From Corallochytrium limacisporum Hawaii (Eukaryota > Protista > Pluriformea): DNA of 47,355 nucleotides. Numbering within the stretch: position 1 is the first letter of the stretch; every line of letters starts with the position of its first letter. Below are positions 1 through 11,137 of the stretch, one piece after another. The notes beneath the pieces were generated by a model, which did no database searches, had not been told where the DNA came from, and was given only the letters and a program-made list of their open reading frames with translations. The position numbers and the translations under genes were made by a program. The stretch is taken from NCBI GenBank assembly GCA_002811645.1, contig PDIP01000080.1:10333-57687 (forward strand), written 5' to 3'.

Positions 1-934
1 GAAATGGAGAAAAAATCAGAATCTCCCTCCTTATATTACGGTGCATGTTTTTAGGCAGATTCCTCCTTAACTTATGGGGCAGAGGTTGGTAGAAAATAGT
101 CCTCTTGTACGTATGGATAGGTACATGGCTTCAAAATGACTCGCTAACACAGTTACCGCAATGGACACAAATCAGTCATCATTCCTTAATGGTGCTAGTT
201 TGATTAGGAGGACCATTTGTGCCCACTTGACATTGTCATGAATGGGGAATTTATATCACACAAGACGCTCAATGAACCCCGGTGCGTCACCGCGATTGCT
301 GGGGGATCTCAACCCCAGTGATTCCACGGCAGGTTTCAAGACTCTCGTTGGGTGTTTTACTATTGTTCTTGGCCCCAGCAGGGAATACCTGGGGTGGAAG
401 TTGCAGAAAATAGCTACTTACTGAAGGCAGAGGGCTCAGGGGGAAGTACCTCAAGGCAGCCATATTTGGAAGAGCTACCTGTCCCTGACCACAAACAACC
501 TGGTGCGGATTTGAGTTGGTAGAGTGGTCTGGGATTGAATGCTCACGTAATTGTCAGACATTAGTGATTCGCAAGGGATGGAACCCTATCTGTGCAGATT
601 TTGACCTTGTGTTCTTTAGGCTTACAATACAGATACAACATGGATGGCAACTACGAGAAACAAATGGTGTGGCAACGAATTGAGAGATCGGACGCAGGTC
701 TCGAATGGACATGCTGCATTGCCAGGGAGTATAGTAATCGTGCATCGAAAAAAGCACACGACCCCATAAGTCTCAATGTTGGTTTTATCTTAGAATAATC
801 TTGAGACTCGTTTCTGCGAGCCCTCAGTTAGTCATGTTTTCCTTGACCTTAAAAACTTCTCAACAGTGAGTTGGCGATGTAAATACCAACAGCAATCAGT
901 AATGTCTAAATGTTTGTTTACCTATTACGTTGGT

Positions 935-1330
935 ATGTGGTTTCCGACTCTTTCAGTAGCCTTGTATTAAATCGGGATGGCCACTGCTTCCCCTGCCTGC
1001 CAGAATCCTCAAACGTGCAACGTTGCTACTGATTGCTGTGACGACCCACAATACCTCGTGACCTGCGAACAGAAACAACAAGGTACATGTCTGTCACATA
1101 ATGTCAACGTTAATAGGATTAACGATCAATGCAATGATCACAGCGACTGTTTCTCACACCGGTGCCAGAATGGCTTCTGCGCTCCCAACCTCGATAATGA
1201 GGAAGTCCGTGACGACGGCGAAGATTGCAGCTGGGACTACAATTGCAAGGGAGGCTGCTGTGCACCAGGTCCAGGCAACTTCGGCGTGTGCAAAGACCGT
1301 GCCCCCTCTGACGATCCCCCAAATTGGTAG
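935..1330 (+). pseudogene. Small secreted cysteine-rich protein with an in-frame stop in its signal peptide (pseudogene or base-call error)
   Basis: ORF 977-1330 is very Cys-rich (CNDHSDCFSHRCQNGFCAP, CSWDYNCKGGCCAPGPGNFGVCK). An in-frame upstream ATG at 935 gives MWFPTLSVALY*IGMATA-SPAC, a signal-peptide-like leader broken by TAA at 968-970. Confidence 0.6.
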
Positions 1331-2667
1331 AAGGTTTGAGGCAGTGCAATCCACCGTTGTATGGGTTTAAAACCCTTGCACCCGACTAGATTCTGCCAAT
1401 GTTTCGGCTGAAATGCATGTTCATTGTTTAGTATATGTAACACAGCTTGAAGAGCACGGCTTGCAAGTTGTTTTTTGACCCCATCGTGGAGCCTAAGCGC
1501 GTCATGTTAATTAGACTGTTGGCCCGCATCTACGTACCATATACGAACTCGCCCTTTCTGGGTTAATATTAATCAATATAATTTCTAAGATACCTTTTAC
1601 GGAAATTTCAAACCCGAGCCACAGCGAGAGGCCATTCCCCCCCCCCCTGCGTCCCGTTTCTCAAAGTTTTTGCCTCATTCATCCATAGTTTTAATATTGA
1701 ATTCGCCGCTATTGCTTGGGACTTCCTGTGTGTGAGTTGGGTGCGGCGGTCACTCACTTTCTCTTCTCTGTCTCTCTCCCCTATCCACGCGCGCCCGCTT
1801 TTGCAAGTCCCCCTCCCGGGTTTCCGTGCCTGCTTCGCCCTTTTCCCGCCTCCCCCGTCGCTACGTGTGTGTGTGCTGTGTGTTCTTGGTTCAGTGCAAA
1901 AGCCCCACACGCAAAGAACAAAGAAACAAAGAAAGGAAAAGTGGGGGAGGGAAGACACGATAAGCACCCGGAGAGGGCTGCCCAAACCAACCGCCAAACG
2001 AGCCCAAACCCCATAGAAATTGGCCTGCCCCGCGGGAGAGGGGAGTTTGGTTGGCAAGTCGTTCGTTTATGGGGGGTGGGCCTTGAATGCTGCACCGTTG
2101 CTAAAAAATTTAGGGTCAATGATTTCAATCTCTGTTTTCTTTCGGTTTTTTTTGGTCGTTTCCCTTTTTCTTTTGCCTGCTTTGTTCGCGTGTCCCTTCC
2201 CCTCCCCCTTTGCTCTCCCTCGCTGAGAAGGCAGGCAGCCGGGGCCTTCTTGCCTTGCTTTGGGCAGCGAGCTTGCTCAGGCATACCCTGCCGCTTTCCC
2301 TATTGTGGGTAGATATTTTTAATGGGAAAATGCCAGTGGGCTGGCTGTGGTGAAGAAGAGAGCTGCATGACCCGCCGGGAGGACTTGAAGCAAGGCGGAA
2401 GACTGGACAATGTGATTTGCTTCGGGATATCTATCCTTTGGGTGAGGTCACGGATGTATACTAGAGAAGATTTCCGATGTTCGGAAGCGGAAGGGTAGAT
2501 CATGAAGCCCGGCTTGTGATGAAAGTGAGCTTAATTCCCCGGTCATCGTGCAAACAGCAGATCTCGCTTTAGCTGGTAAAATAGACAGTGCTTTGTTCAA
2601 CTCGATAGACTTCCGGAAGAGGCAAATGCAAAGCTGGTCAAAGTAACAACGGTTTCGAATCACAAGT

Positions 2668-4764
2668 ATGAACAACAAACAGAACGAACAGACTTACTCC
2701 GAAGTGCTCCCCGACTTACGAGACAGTATCCCTTCTCATTTGAGGGATAGCGGGGCTTCTTTGGTGTCCGCGCACAGCAATGAACAGCTAGTTGCAGAAG
2801 ATGATCTTCCTCGTGCTCGTCTTCCCGGGTCTGGCTTGGACGGGTTGGTCCATCCGGTAGACAGCAACCCGGCGAGTTACATCGCATCCAGTCAAAATAG
2901 GTCTGTTGGCAGCGGTGGTAGTATAGGAACCTCTTCATTGAACAGAGTCAGCTATACTGAAACGTCCCAGCGATCGACGGGTCAGTCTCAAAGCTTTCAT
3001 AAGAAAGGAAGCGAGTGCACAATGTCTGTCAATGACTACGAAGACTTTGAAGAAGAAGATATTGTCAAGGAATCAGTGATAGAACCGCTATTGAAGAAGG
3101 AGAATGCAAAGACTACCCGTGACAATGAACAGTTTGGCAAGCATGCCGCTTTCTCAGTAATCGCTCAACCTCTGCTCTTCATACCCATCCTTGCTGCTTT
3201 GGTGGTGGCTGCTGTGTCCCCATTTGTCAACAAGCACATGAACGACATGGTTGACCAGGTCCTTGCGGGCAGCATTAACTCATATTTTGCCGACGTTGAG
3301 TTGGAGGTGATCAGCTTCTCTCAGAGCCAAGTGAACCTGAAAGCCGGGTTCGAAATCTTGCATGGTGGAAAGACTTTGGAATTCCACCGCCAGGCCGGAT
3401 CCTCTGTGGAGCTTTTGGACGGTCACATTTCCATCGCAAGTTTTGGCCCGCTCAAGAATGAGGAGTGGTCCGTCGTCGATAGTCTGGATGTCACCGGTAC
3501 TGGACCCACTGGCACCAACAACGTGACCATCCCCCTGAAGTTCTTTGACCGCGGGCAGGACGAGAGCCAGGTTGACAGCGACGTTGCTCGGCCTTTTTGG
3601 CACCTGCTCTTTAGTTCTCGCCAGACCCGCAGCTGGGACGTGGCCTCTGTGATTGACTATAAGCTTTCTATGGATGATGGCACCGAGGTCGCTGTCATGG
3701 GCGAATACCACTTGACTGCCCTGCCCATGCAGGGGTTTGGTGATATGTCCGCTGACCTTGCCATTTCCAGCCTCATCCTAGACGGCGATGGTCAGATCAC
3801 TCTGACAGGTGTACTGACCGGTAAAACCCGCTCCAATACTCGCGTTAACATCGACGCCGACGCTCCCATCGCTCTGTGCTATTCTGAGACCATGGCGGGG
3901 ATGCGCTCTGGTGTAGTGGTCTACGATGATAGTGACGGGCTACAGAACCAGGATACACTGGAGGCTTGTGTTCCGATCACCATGCCCGAAGGCTTCATCA
4001 TGTCCCAGTCCATTTTTGATGGCCGTCCTTTCACTGTCACCGGGCTGAGCATCAGCTCTCGCATTCTTGGTTGTCTCTTGTCCCCCATCGCTGACGTTGG
4101 CGGGTCGTGCAAGCTGGAGCTCCGTCCAGTACCAGGCAACGTGAATCAGCAGACCATCCTCGAAGAGACGTTTGTGGTTCCCATCCACCGGTCTAAGGCC
4201 GCCCCTGTCTTTGAAATTGAACTGCCGGTCATCGATATCACCGCCGGTACCCAGTCCGCAGGCCGTTTTGGTGCTGTTAGCAGTGCAGTGATCAACATCA
4301 GGTCCACTTTGAAGAGTATCGAGACTTTGTCCAACCGACAGATCGAGCGCCTGTCAGTCCAACCTTCACTGTCTACAATTGACCCTATGTACGATAGCTT
4401 CCGTTTCTCTGTCACCGACGACGAGGCTCTGACAAAGCGCAATTGCTACTTTGATGGTTCCCAGGCTATCCAACCAGTTGCTCTACACTACCAACTAAAC
4501 AGCAATTTGCTGCCCTCTGGATCCGTGGAGTACACTCCCAGTGCAATCAACGAAGACTCTTGCGCTCGCATGCTCTATCCCGCCATGTGCTGCCGAGCCC
4601 AACAACTGGGCCGCTCCAGTGTCATTCTGGACATTCTCATGGGCATGAAGTTCAAAGGTATTGATCAAGAGCTCGCTTCCGAACAGCCGAGCATGCGTGT
4701 TGCATGTAATATTGAGGACTTCGATGTCAACAGTGCCTGTAGCCAGTTTGACTTTGGACAGTGA
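2668..4764 (+). CDS. Type II membrane protein with beta-rich (LEA_2/DUF3712-like) ectodomain and C-terminal Cys module (cluster protein P1)
   Basis: 698-aa ORF. Ser/acidic low-complexity N-terminus, one hydrophobic segment (AAFSVIAQPLLFIPILAALVVAAVSPFV), an alternating beta-strand pattern afterwards, and a C-terminal CARMLYPAMCC...CNIEDFDVNSAC motif shared with P2 and P3. The domain family is inferred from pattern only. Confidence 0.8.
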   Translation: MNNKQNEQTYSEVLPDLRDSIPSHLRDSGASLVSAHSNEQLVAEDDLPRARLPGSGLDGLVHPVDSNPASYIASSQNRSVGSGGSIGTSSLNRVSYTETSQRSTGQSQSFHKKGSECTMSVNDYEDFEEEDIVKESVIEPLLKKENAKTTRDNEQFGKHAAFSVIAQPLLFIPILAALVVAAVSPFVNKHMNDMVDQVLAGSINSYFADVELEVISFSQSQVNLKAGFEILHGGKTLEFHRQAGSSVELLDGHISIASFGPLKNEEWSVVDSLDVTGTGPTGTNNVTIPLKFFDRGQDESQVDSDVARPFWHLLFSSRQTRSWDVASVIDYKLSMDDGTEVAVMGEYHLTALPMQGFGDMSADLAISSLILDGDGQITLTGVLTGKTRSNTRVNIDADAPIALCYSETMAGMRSGVVVYDDSDGLQNQDTLEACVPITMPEGFIMSQSIFDGRPFTVTGLSISSRILGCLLSPIADVGGSCKLELRPVPGNVNQQTILEETFVVPIHRSKAAPVFEIELPVIDITAGTQSAGRFGAVSSAVINIRSTLKSIETLSNRQIERLSVQPSLSTIDPMYDSFRFSVTDDEALTKRNCYFDGSQAIQPVALHYQLNSNLLPSGSVEYTPSAINEDSCARMLYPAMCCRAQQLGRSSVILDILMGMKFKGIDQELASEQPSMRVACNIEDFDVNSACSQFDFGQ

Positions 4765-5083
4765 ACTTTACCGACAACAAACCAATTGCATATCATTTTC
4801 ATCGCATACAACAACTATTTCTTTGCAGACCAAATTTTATTGTGCATGTACCACAGTGTAAGAACTCGTTGAATAGAACCAAAGGTTTGGGAAAAGTAAG
4901 ATTGTGAAGAACCATGTGGTGCTAGCACTAAATCACACAACTTCTGGTCTTAGGTCGAGCCACTCAATTGTTCTGAATACTGACTGATGGTATGCTTTTA
5001 CATGTAGTTCTATGAAGATGTTATAAGTATACAGATCATTTCGGTTCCTGAAAATACGTTCGCGCTATATGTGACTTATCCAC

Positions 5084-7114
5084 TTACACGTATAGGCTTT
5101 CACGATACACCTCAATGGCAAAATACACTGCCAATACTGGTGACATCAGTTTGAACACTGTAGACATGACATGGAAGAAGGTAACCCAGTGAGGGGAGGG
5201 ATGGAACACATCAATGGGATGGAACGCCCAGTAGACGAAGCATAAATGGTTGAAGATGAAGTAGAAGGCTGTGGAGATAGAGAAGGCGATGAAGATGCGA
5301 CCTCCAATGATGGGCTCTCCAAAGGCATCTGTCAGGTTGAACGGATAGACCAGCCCCCAGATGATAGAGAAAAACAGGAGAACAATGATAGCCATATTGT
5401 ATCGGATGCGGCGCAGTGACTTGTACAGCTCCTGTCGCAGCATCGCCTTGTCATCTTTGTCATCTGCTGATTTACGAGTGACCTTGAATGTTAGGTTACC
5501 ACCGAGCAAAGCCATGACACAGTTCTTCATGATGTAGTACTGAAAACCAATAGAGAACATTTGGGAGGATGCGTAAGATCTCGACAGACCAGAGTGTACC
5601 ACTGTCTCATACAGGAGACCAGATCCCAAGTAGACTAGCAAAATGACCAAGAAGTCAATGTAGTTTACCAGATTCAGGGGTACGTAGTGCCCAATCAGGA
5701 ACACAGGGATGGACAGCGTGAAGAACAGAGACAGCCATGCCGTGGAGTAATTCACAAATACAGCAATATAGGCCATGCGTGCCCAGAAGGGCAGACCCTT
5801 AACCCACAAGGGGCAATCCTTAGAAAAGAAGATCTGGTAGGAACCTTTACACCAGCGAGAACGTTGACGGAAGGTATCGGCAAGGGTGGTGGGAGAATAT
5901 CCTGTGGCCAGATACTCGCTTACGTACATACATTTGTATCCAGCGGCCTCCATAAGCATGGACAAGTAGCAATCCTCAGTAACAGAGCCAGTAGGGAATC
6001 CACCAACAGATTCGAAAGCGGCACGGGAAGCAACAAAGTTGGTACCAATGCAAGGCGTGGCGCCAATGCCATCTCGTCCGGGAATCAACAACTCGAAGAA
6101 GGTTTGGGCGATAAGATCTATGGGGTCCTCCGAGGGGTCAATGTTGCCATAGAATTGAGGAGTCTGCACAAAGCCAACAGTAGGATCAAAGTCCAGTTTC
6201 ATGGTCTCATCATTGTAGCGGTAAAAGTAGGGTACAGTTTTCTGCAAGAAGTGACGACTTGGAATGAAATCGGCGTCCAAAATCAGCAGCAGATCAGAGT
6301 CAGTGAGTTCCACAGCGTTATTAATGTTTCCAGCCTTGGCGTGCTTCTTGATGTTACGGTTGATGTAGAAGATGTTAGGGTAGAAGTCCTTCAGACTTTG
6401 TACCCACTGATAGACATTCTTGCGACGGCTATCGTCACAGATGAAAATATTAATGTGCTCCTGCGGGTAATCCATGCACATGGCACCGCGCAGAGTCTGC
6501 TCCAAAATTTCGATGCTTTCGTTGTAGGTCGGGATCATGACAGCGACGGTGGGATAGTCCTCCACGGAAAGCTTGGGAGTGCACTCCTTCAGAGGCACAC
6601 ACTCACGCTTGATGGGTTTCATACGCTCCAACCAACCAAAGAAGAAGGAGGAAACTGACAGAACCTCGGCGAGGTAGAAAATAATCTGGTATACATACAC
6701 ACCATATGAGACATCACTCCCACCAATAGTGAACACGCCCCGGTAAATGAGGTAAGCCAAGGCGCAGCAGACGTGAATTACAGCCGTAATGTTGGCCAGA
6801 ATAGTCTGGCCGCTATTCATTGGAGTGGACCAGTGAGGATCGACATTCATCTGCGGTGCCTTGTTCAGGAACGCTTCAAAGTTATGAAGCTCAGACTTCA
6901 GCATTTGGTCCTTTCTCGATTGGCGTGCCTTTAGGTTACCCACAGGATTCACATTGCGCTTCTGCATACACATGATGTTGATCTCCTCCTTAAGTTGGTC
7001 CACATCTTGCTCCGCAGCCTCTGCGCTGGTGATACTTACGCCGTCGGAGGCATTCGAGCTGAGGAGCCCAACGGCAGCATCGTCCTCGGGTTCTTTCGTT
7101 GAGAACCAACCCAT
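5084..7114 (-). CDS. Processive GT2 beta-glucan synthase, cellulose synthase (CesA/BcsA)-like, catalytic motifs intact
   Basis: 676 aa. Motifs IPTYNE, CDDS, HAKAGN, LDADF (DxD, 6269-6277), FVQTPQ, VTED (TED 5972-5980), QRSRW (5852-5866) and gating-loop FKVTRK (5471-5488). Two N-terminal and several C-terminal TM helices. No C-terminal PilZ domain. Confidence 0.93.
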   Translation of the reverse strand: MGWFSTKEPEDDAAVGLLSSNASDGVSITSAEAAEQDVDQLKEEINIMCMQKRNVNPVGNLKARQSRKDQMLKSELHNFEAFLNKAPQMNVDPHWSTPMNSGQTILANITAVIHVCCALAYLIYRGVFTIGGSDVSYGVYVYQIIFYLAEVLSVSSFFFGWLERMKPIKRECVPLKECTPKLSVEDYPTVAVMIPTYNESIEILEQTLRGAMCMDYPQEHINIFICDDSRRKNVYQWVQSLKDFYPNIFYINRNIKKHAKAGNINNAVELTDSDLLLILDADFIPSRHFLQKTVPYFYRYNDETMKLDFDPTVGFVQTPQFYGNIDPSEDPIDLIAQTFFELLIPGRDGIGATPCIGTNFVASRAAFESVGGFPTGSVTEDCYLSMLMEAAGYKCMYVSEYLATGYSPTTLADTFRQRSRWCKGSYQIFFSKDCPLWVKGLPFWARMAYIAVFVNYSTAWLSLFFTLSIPVFLIGHYVPLNLVNYIDFLVILLVYLGSGLLYETVVHSGLSRSYASSQMFSIGFQYYIMKNCVMALLGGNLTFKVTRKSADDKDDKAMLRQELYKSLRRIRYNMAIIVLLFFSIIWGLVYPFNLTDAFGEPIIGGRIFIAFSISTAFYFIFNHLCFVYWAFHPIDVFHPSPHWVTFFHVMSTVFKLMSPVLAVYFAIEVYRESLYV

Positions 7115-8685
7115 GGCAAAGGGAGTCCGTTGTGGAGTAGTGCAGCTGCCTTACAAAAGAGCACGACCAGTCTATTTTGTACTAGAACTTTCAACCATTA
7201 ATGTTTGATCGAGTCAGATTTCAACCAGACGACTTGTCCTGTGTGGGTTTCCATGTGCAATACTGATCTATCCTTCTCACTGTTGAGTACCTGATCGGTT
7301 GTGTTGCACTTGACACACACAGACAATCGCCGTCTGCGGCACCCAGATCCAACTGGGCGAGTAAGGATCGGAGAGGGACAGTGGGACAAAAGGGTGGAAA
7401 GGGGGGAAAATTGAATCTTGGGCAGATACGGGTATGAGCAGAGCCGCACTTGCTGTGGCTTCGGCTGTCTTAGGGGACAAGAGTCCGAAGGACTTTGTGT
7501 CCCCTGCGTTCGCAGGTGCAGAATAAAACATGGAGGCAATACACCAGATCCCTTCGCTTTAATCATCTGCCATGCTTGGGATGAGGAAGCGGTATCTTTT
7601 CAGGCACCATAACGTACTGCAACCTCAAAAGGAAGACTGCGCTGCTTTATCACTTTTATTGGAGAACATCGACTTAAATTTGGATCGCACAAACTTGTAG
7701 TATTCCTCTGGTTCCTTCGACGGAAGGGCAGACAATGAGTTTCTTGTTGCTGCTGCAAACGAAATCTGTCTTAACTGCAACTTGAAACGAGCAAACCCAT
7801 AAATTGTCAACTCATTGTATCATCTGATTCACAAACTGTAGAAGTGAGCCAAGAAAACCAGGAAAGTTATGCACGGCATAAATTGACAAGTGACTTAATT
7901 GGGAATCTGAACAATACACTCAGCAAGATTTGGGGGGGGGGGGAATGGGCACCAGAACCCTACCGAACGAAAACACAGGGAAAGCAAAAGAACCTTTCGA
8001 GGTATCTCCCGGATGATTACGTAACGATGCATTCTTCCCGTTCTTTGCCATTCTCCATGACGTTCTCACTCTAGCGAGCTGATGTGCCCGTCGGGTCGCA
8101 GGGCGCCTTTCCCTCCATAGCTTGGCACTTGCGCTAAAACACCCAAGGCAGGTAACGGACACAAATTGATCAATATTCTAACATTCCCGAAGGGGAAAGG
8201 CGGGTGGATGGATGCCCCGTGGAGAGGGCCCTTCAAGGCGCTCCAACCAAGAAAAAAATCCCATACATTCTGGGTATCCGGGCAATTGCAGAGGATTCTT
8301 TCAACCGCGGACTGTGTGCTGGCGGCGGAGAAAAGCTGAAACTGGGAAATGGCGGAAGGCGGTTGCCTTGCTGTGAGGGAACGCCAGTGGACGAAGATAC
8401 AAACGCGGCAGAATGAGTGAGGAAACCTAAATGTGCATCTTCTGTGGTGTACCTTTGGACGTTGGGAGACACATGGAAGAATGAAGTGGAGAATACGGAC
8501 AAGTTGCCGAAGTATAACATGTGAAAAACTTCCTAGACCGACTTTTGCCGGTTGTCGGCAAGGTACGTGAAGATCTATTGCGGAACTTGTCCCTACTTAC
8601 CTTGATCAGATTACATAAGACAAGGTTTATAGTTCAAATTTACAGTAGTCTTGGCAGATAAAAACATTCTGGGATTGCTTTCACT

Positions 8686-10440
8686 ATGTCTAAGTTGTGC
8701 GAACCGCGGGAAGATGAAGTGAGTGAGCTCGGCTTCGTCCACGAACGAGACGACTCGGTCATTGCCGGTTTCATAGGTCACAATATCAACTGGGAGCAAG
8801 TTCAAAAGAAAAAGGAAGCAGCAGCTGGGTTCAACTATGGTTACTTCCGCCACGTTGTAAGCCAGCTCTTTGGGGCGAGTACCTACATCTTTGTGACTCT
8901 GATCACGATCTTTACTCCTGTTGCCTGGGTCATTATTTCTCAGTACCTGGCCCAGGTCAATGTGAGTACGCAGTCCTGGTCGTTTGACGAGGTGTCTATC
9001 AGCCGAATCAACGACACTCACTATCACTTCTCCTCCAATCTGCGCCTTACCGGTGCCTCTTACTTTGAATTCTCCTATCCCACTTCAAATGTGTCCCTCC
9101 TGATAAGCGAGGAAGATGGCCAGGATGTCCTTGGCTTTATCGAAATTCCTGGCATGCAGGTCGACCGGGTACGTCCCTTTATCAAGCGAGTGGAGACCAT
9201 CCTGGTGGTCACAAACGGATCCAAAATGGAAGAGGAACTCCGTGCCGTGACCAGTGGCCAGGATGTCCAGTGGCACATCAATGGAGAGCTAAAGACCGTC
9301 ATCGATTTCTTCATCAGCTTGCGCACCTTTGTCAGTCTGCACTCGCCCGTCTCCGTCCCTTCCATATGTTATGACAAGATTTTGGCTAGCGATGTGGAAA
9401 TTACCCAGATTACCAACAATGGTATGGGGGGTTCTTGCACAGTGACATGGGATAACCTCTCCAACACGGCCCTGAAAAATGTCTACAAAACTTCTCAGAT
9501 GATTTTTGTTCCTGATGTTCAATTGTCTGGTAACAGCATTGCAAGCGAATCAATGCTCCTGACCTGTGATGCTATTGATATTGAGGCCTATCAAAGCGAT
9601 GCTAGAGGTGCCGCGACCTCTAATTGTACCTTCAATGTGGTACATACCAAAGAAGGTATGATCAGCAATGCATCTCAGGTGCTGGATCCTGAGATTAAGT
9701 ATGCACTGGCCGGTCGATTGCTAGAGAGGTTTATTCTACGCGGGGGTGTGAACGGCGTTCTGCGTGGCCCTCTTCCAGTACCCACAACCAATCTTTACGC
9801 TGACACTAACGATAGCCGCATTCCTGCCTTTGTGCCCATCATGGGACGCATGACTATGCAGATGGATAAAGTTCAGAAAGCTGAAACTGATGCAGATGTT
9901 GTCGCAGTTGCCGGAAAGAACAACCAAATCGTGTTGAACCCCTTAACTGGTACCGCAGAAATCACTCTCAGCGGTTCCACCATACTACAGAAGAACCCTG
10001 GCTTTGTAGTGTCCTCCACTTCTCTGCGTCTGGTCGACCACTCTGGCAGGAGAGGTGTCGCCTTTACAAGGACTGACAATGCCGGGACGACTATCCGTTG
10101 CCCGGCTCCTCCAGCGTACCTACATGTCGAGCCCACAGAGACACGCTCTTCCACCAATGTTCCTGTGGCTCTGTCTATTCAGAACCCTACCATTGGCATG
10201 GATGTCCCCGATGGATGCACGACTGCCTACCTCGATGCCATTTGCTGTAGTCTGCTGTCTCAACCTAGCATGACAGGGCAATTGGCCATTGAGTTCCAGG
10301 ACACTATCATCACACTGAACTACGACCCTACCAGCCAGGTGTCTATCAAATGCGAGACTGGTGCCAACTACAAGGCTGGTGTATGCAGAGGTTTTTCTCG
10401 GACCTGTGATGGTTTCATCGGAGAATACTGTGACGAGTAG
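8686..10440 (+). CDS. Type II membrane protein with LEA_2/DUF3712-like ectodomain and C-terminal Cys module (cluster protein P2)
   Basis: 584-aa ORF with a single TM segment (YIFVTLITIFTPVAWVIIS). Eight N-x-S/T sequons follow it (NVS, NDT, NVS, NGS, NLS, NCT, NAS, NDS). Segment GFIEIPGMQV...ILVVTNGSKMEEELRAVTSGQDVQWHING resembles LEA_2/DUF3712 units. C-terminal CTTAYLDAICC...CETGANYKAGVC. Confidence 0.82.
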   Translation: MSKLCEPREDEVSELGFVHERDDSVIAGFIGHNINWEQVQKKKEAAAGFNYGYFRHVVSQLFGASTYIFVTLITIFTPVAWVIISQYLAQVNVSTQSWSFDEVSISRINDTHYHFSSNLRLTGASYFEFSYPTSNVSLLISEEDGQDVLGFIEIPGMQVDRVRPFIKRVETILVVTNGSKMEEELRAVTSGQDVQWHINGELKTVIDFFISLRTFVSLHSPVSVPSICYDKILASDVEITQITNNGMGGSCTVTWDNLSNTALKNVYKTSQMIFVPDVQLSGNSIASESMLLTCDAIDIEAYQSDARGAATSNCTFNVVHTKEGMISNASQVLDPEIKYALAGRLLERFILRGGVNGVLRGPLPVPTTNLYADTNDSRIPAFVPIMGRMTMQMDKVQKAETDADVVAVAGKNNQIVLNPLTGTAEITLSGSTILQKNPGFVVSSTSLRLVDHSGRRGVAFTRTDNAGTTIRCPAPPAYLHVEPTETRSSTNVPVALSIQNPTIGMDVPDGCTTAYLDAICCSLLSQPSMTGQLAIEFQDTIITLNYDPTSQVSIKCETGANYKAGVCRGFSRTCDGFIGEYCDE

Positions 10441-11137
10441 ATAACCCATTTAAAGCACGCCGGTAAAACCTTACGCACAATAACCCTTGTTCCATAGCAT
10501 GTACATATACATACACAGAATAGTTTTACTTTTGCTAATTTTCTGCCTTCAACCGCGGAACCAACCGCCTGTTAGAACCTCCCCTTGTAAGTGTACCTAC
10601 TGCGCAATTCTTCCGGAGCACAGATGGGCAGCAATCCTGCATTTCAGAAGGAAGGGACGAACCTTGAAATTGATTTATTTTAATTGATCAATTTGAGGGG
10701 GGAAAACGCCGCAAGGGGCTGGGTTGGAGGGCAAAGCTTTTTTTACAAACATAGAACCCCATACATGTCCGAATACCAACCATCCGAAGCAAACAGGACC
10801 TTCTTAGGATTCTGTACCCGAAGAAGGGCACCAAAGAGGGGAGGGGAGAGTTTAAGGAGATGGGGTTGGCAAATGCGTCCCGCTCCGGAGTAGGTCCCGA
10901 ATTTGTCCAAAGATTCTTTTGCTCCCAAATAGGGTCAGTTGAGCATGCAGCGCCCGTCTAAGACACGGGCTATGGACTGATCATGGTAGAAAAAAGACGT
11001 AACGATATTCCGGAACACTTCGGACGGATTGTTTATAAGCCAAATAGTGGTAAACTTATCTTCAACTCTCATCGGGCTCCGAAAAGCGAGGATCTGCGAA
11101 GTAACGTTCTTTGAGCCAATTTGCACCAATCAGAAAT

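Noticed and set aside
1608-2312. Overlapping 150-200 aa ORFs in homopolymer-rich sequence (similarly 28986-29603 and 42820-43362)
   Set aside because: Low-complexity, noisy-looking sequence with no recognisable protein features.
5687-6658. 323-aa antisense ORF (also 15805-16917, 370 aa)
   Set aside because: Shadow ORFs opposite well-supported genes, with no motifs.
2611-11015. TTCCGGAA palindrome upstream of P1 (2611-2618) and GT2b (11008-11015) as a cluster regulon motif
   Set aside because: Only two occurrences of an 8-mer, not seen at the other cluster promoters; cannot be separated from chance by eye.
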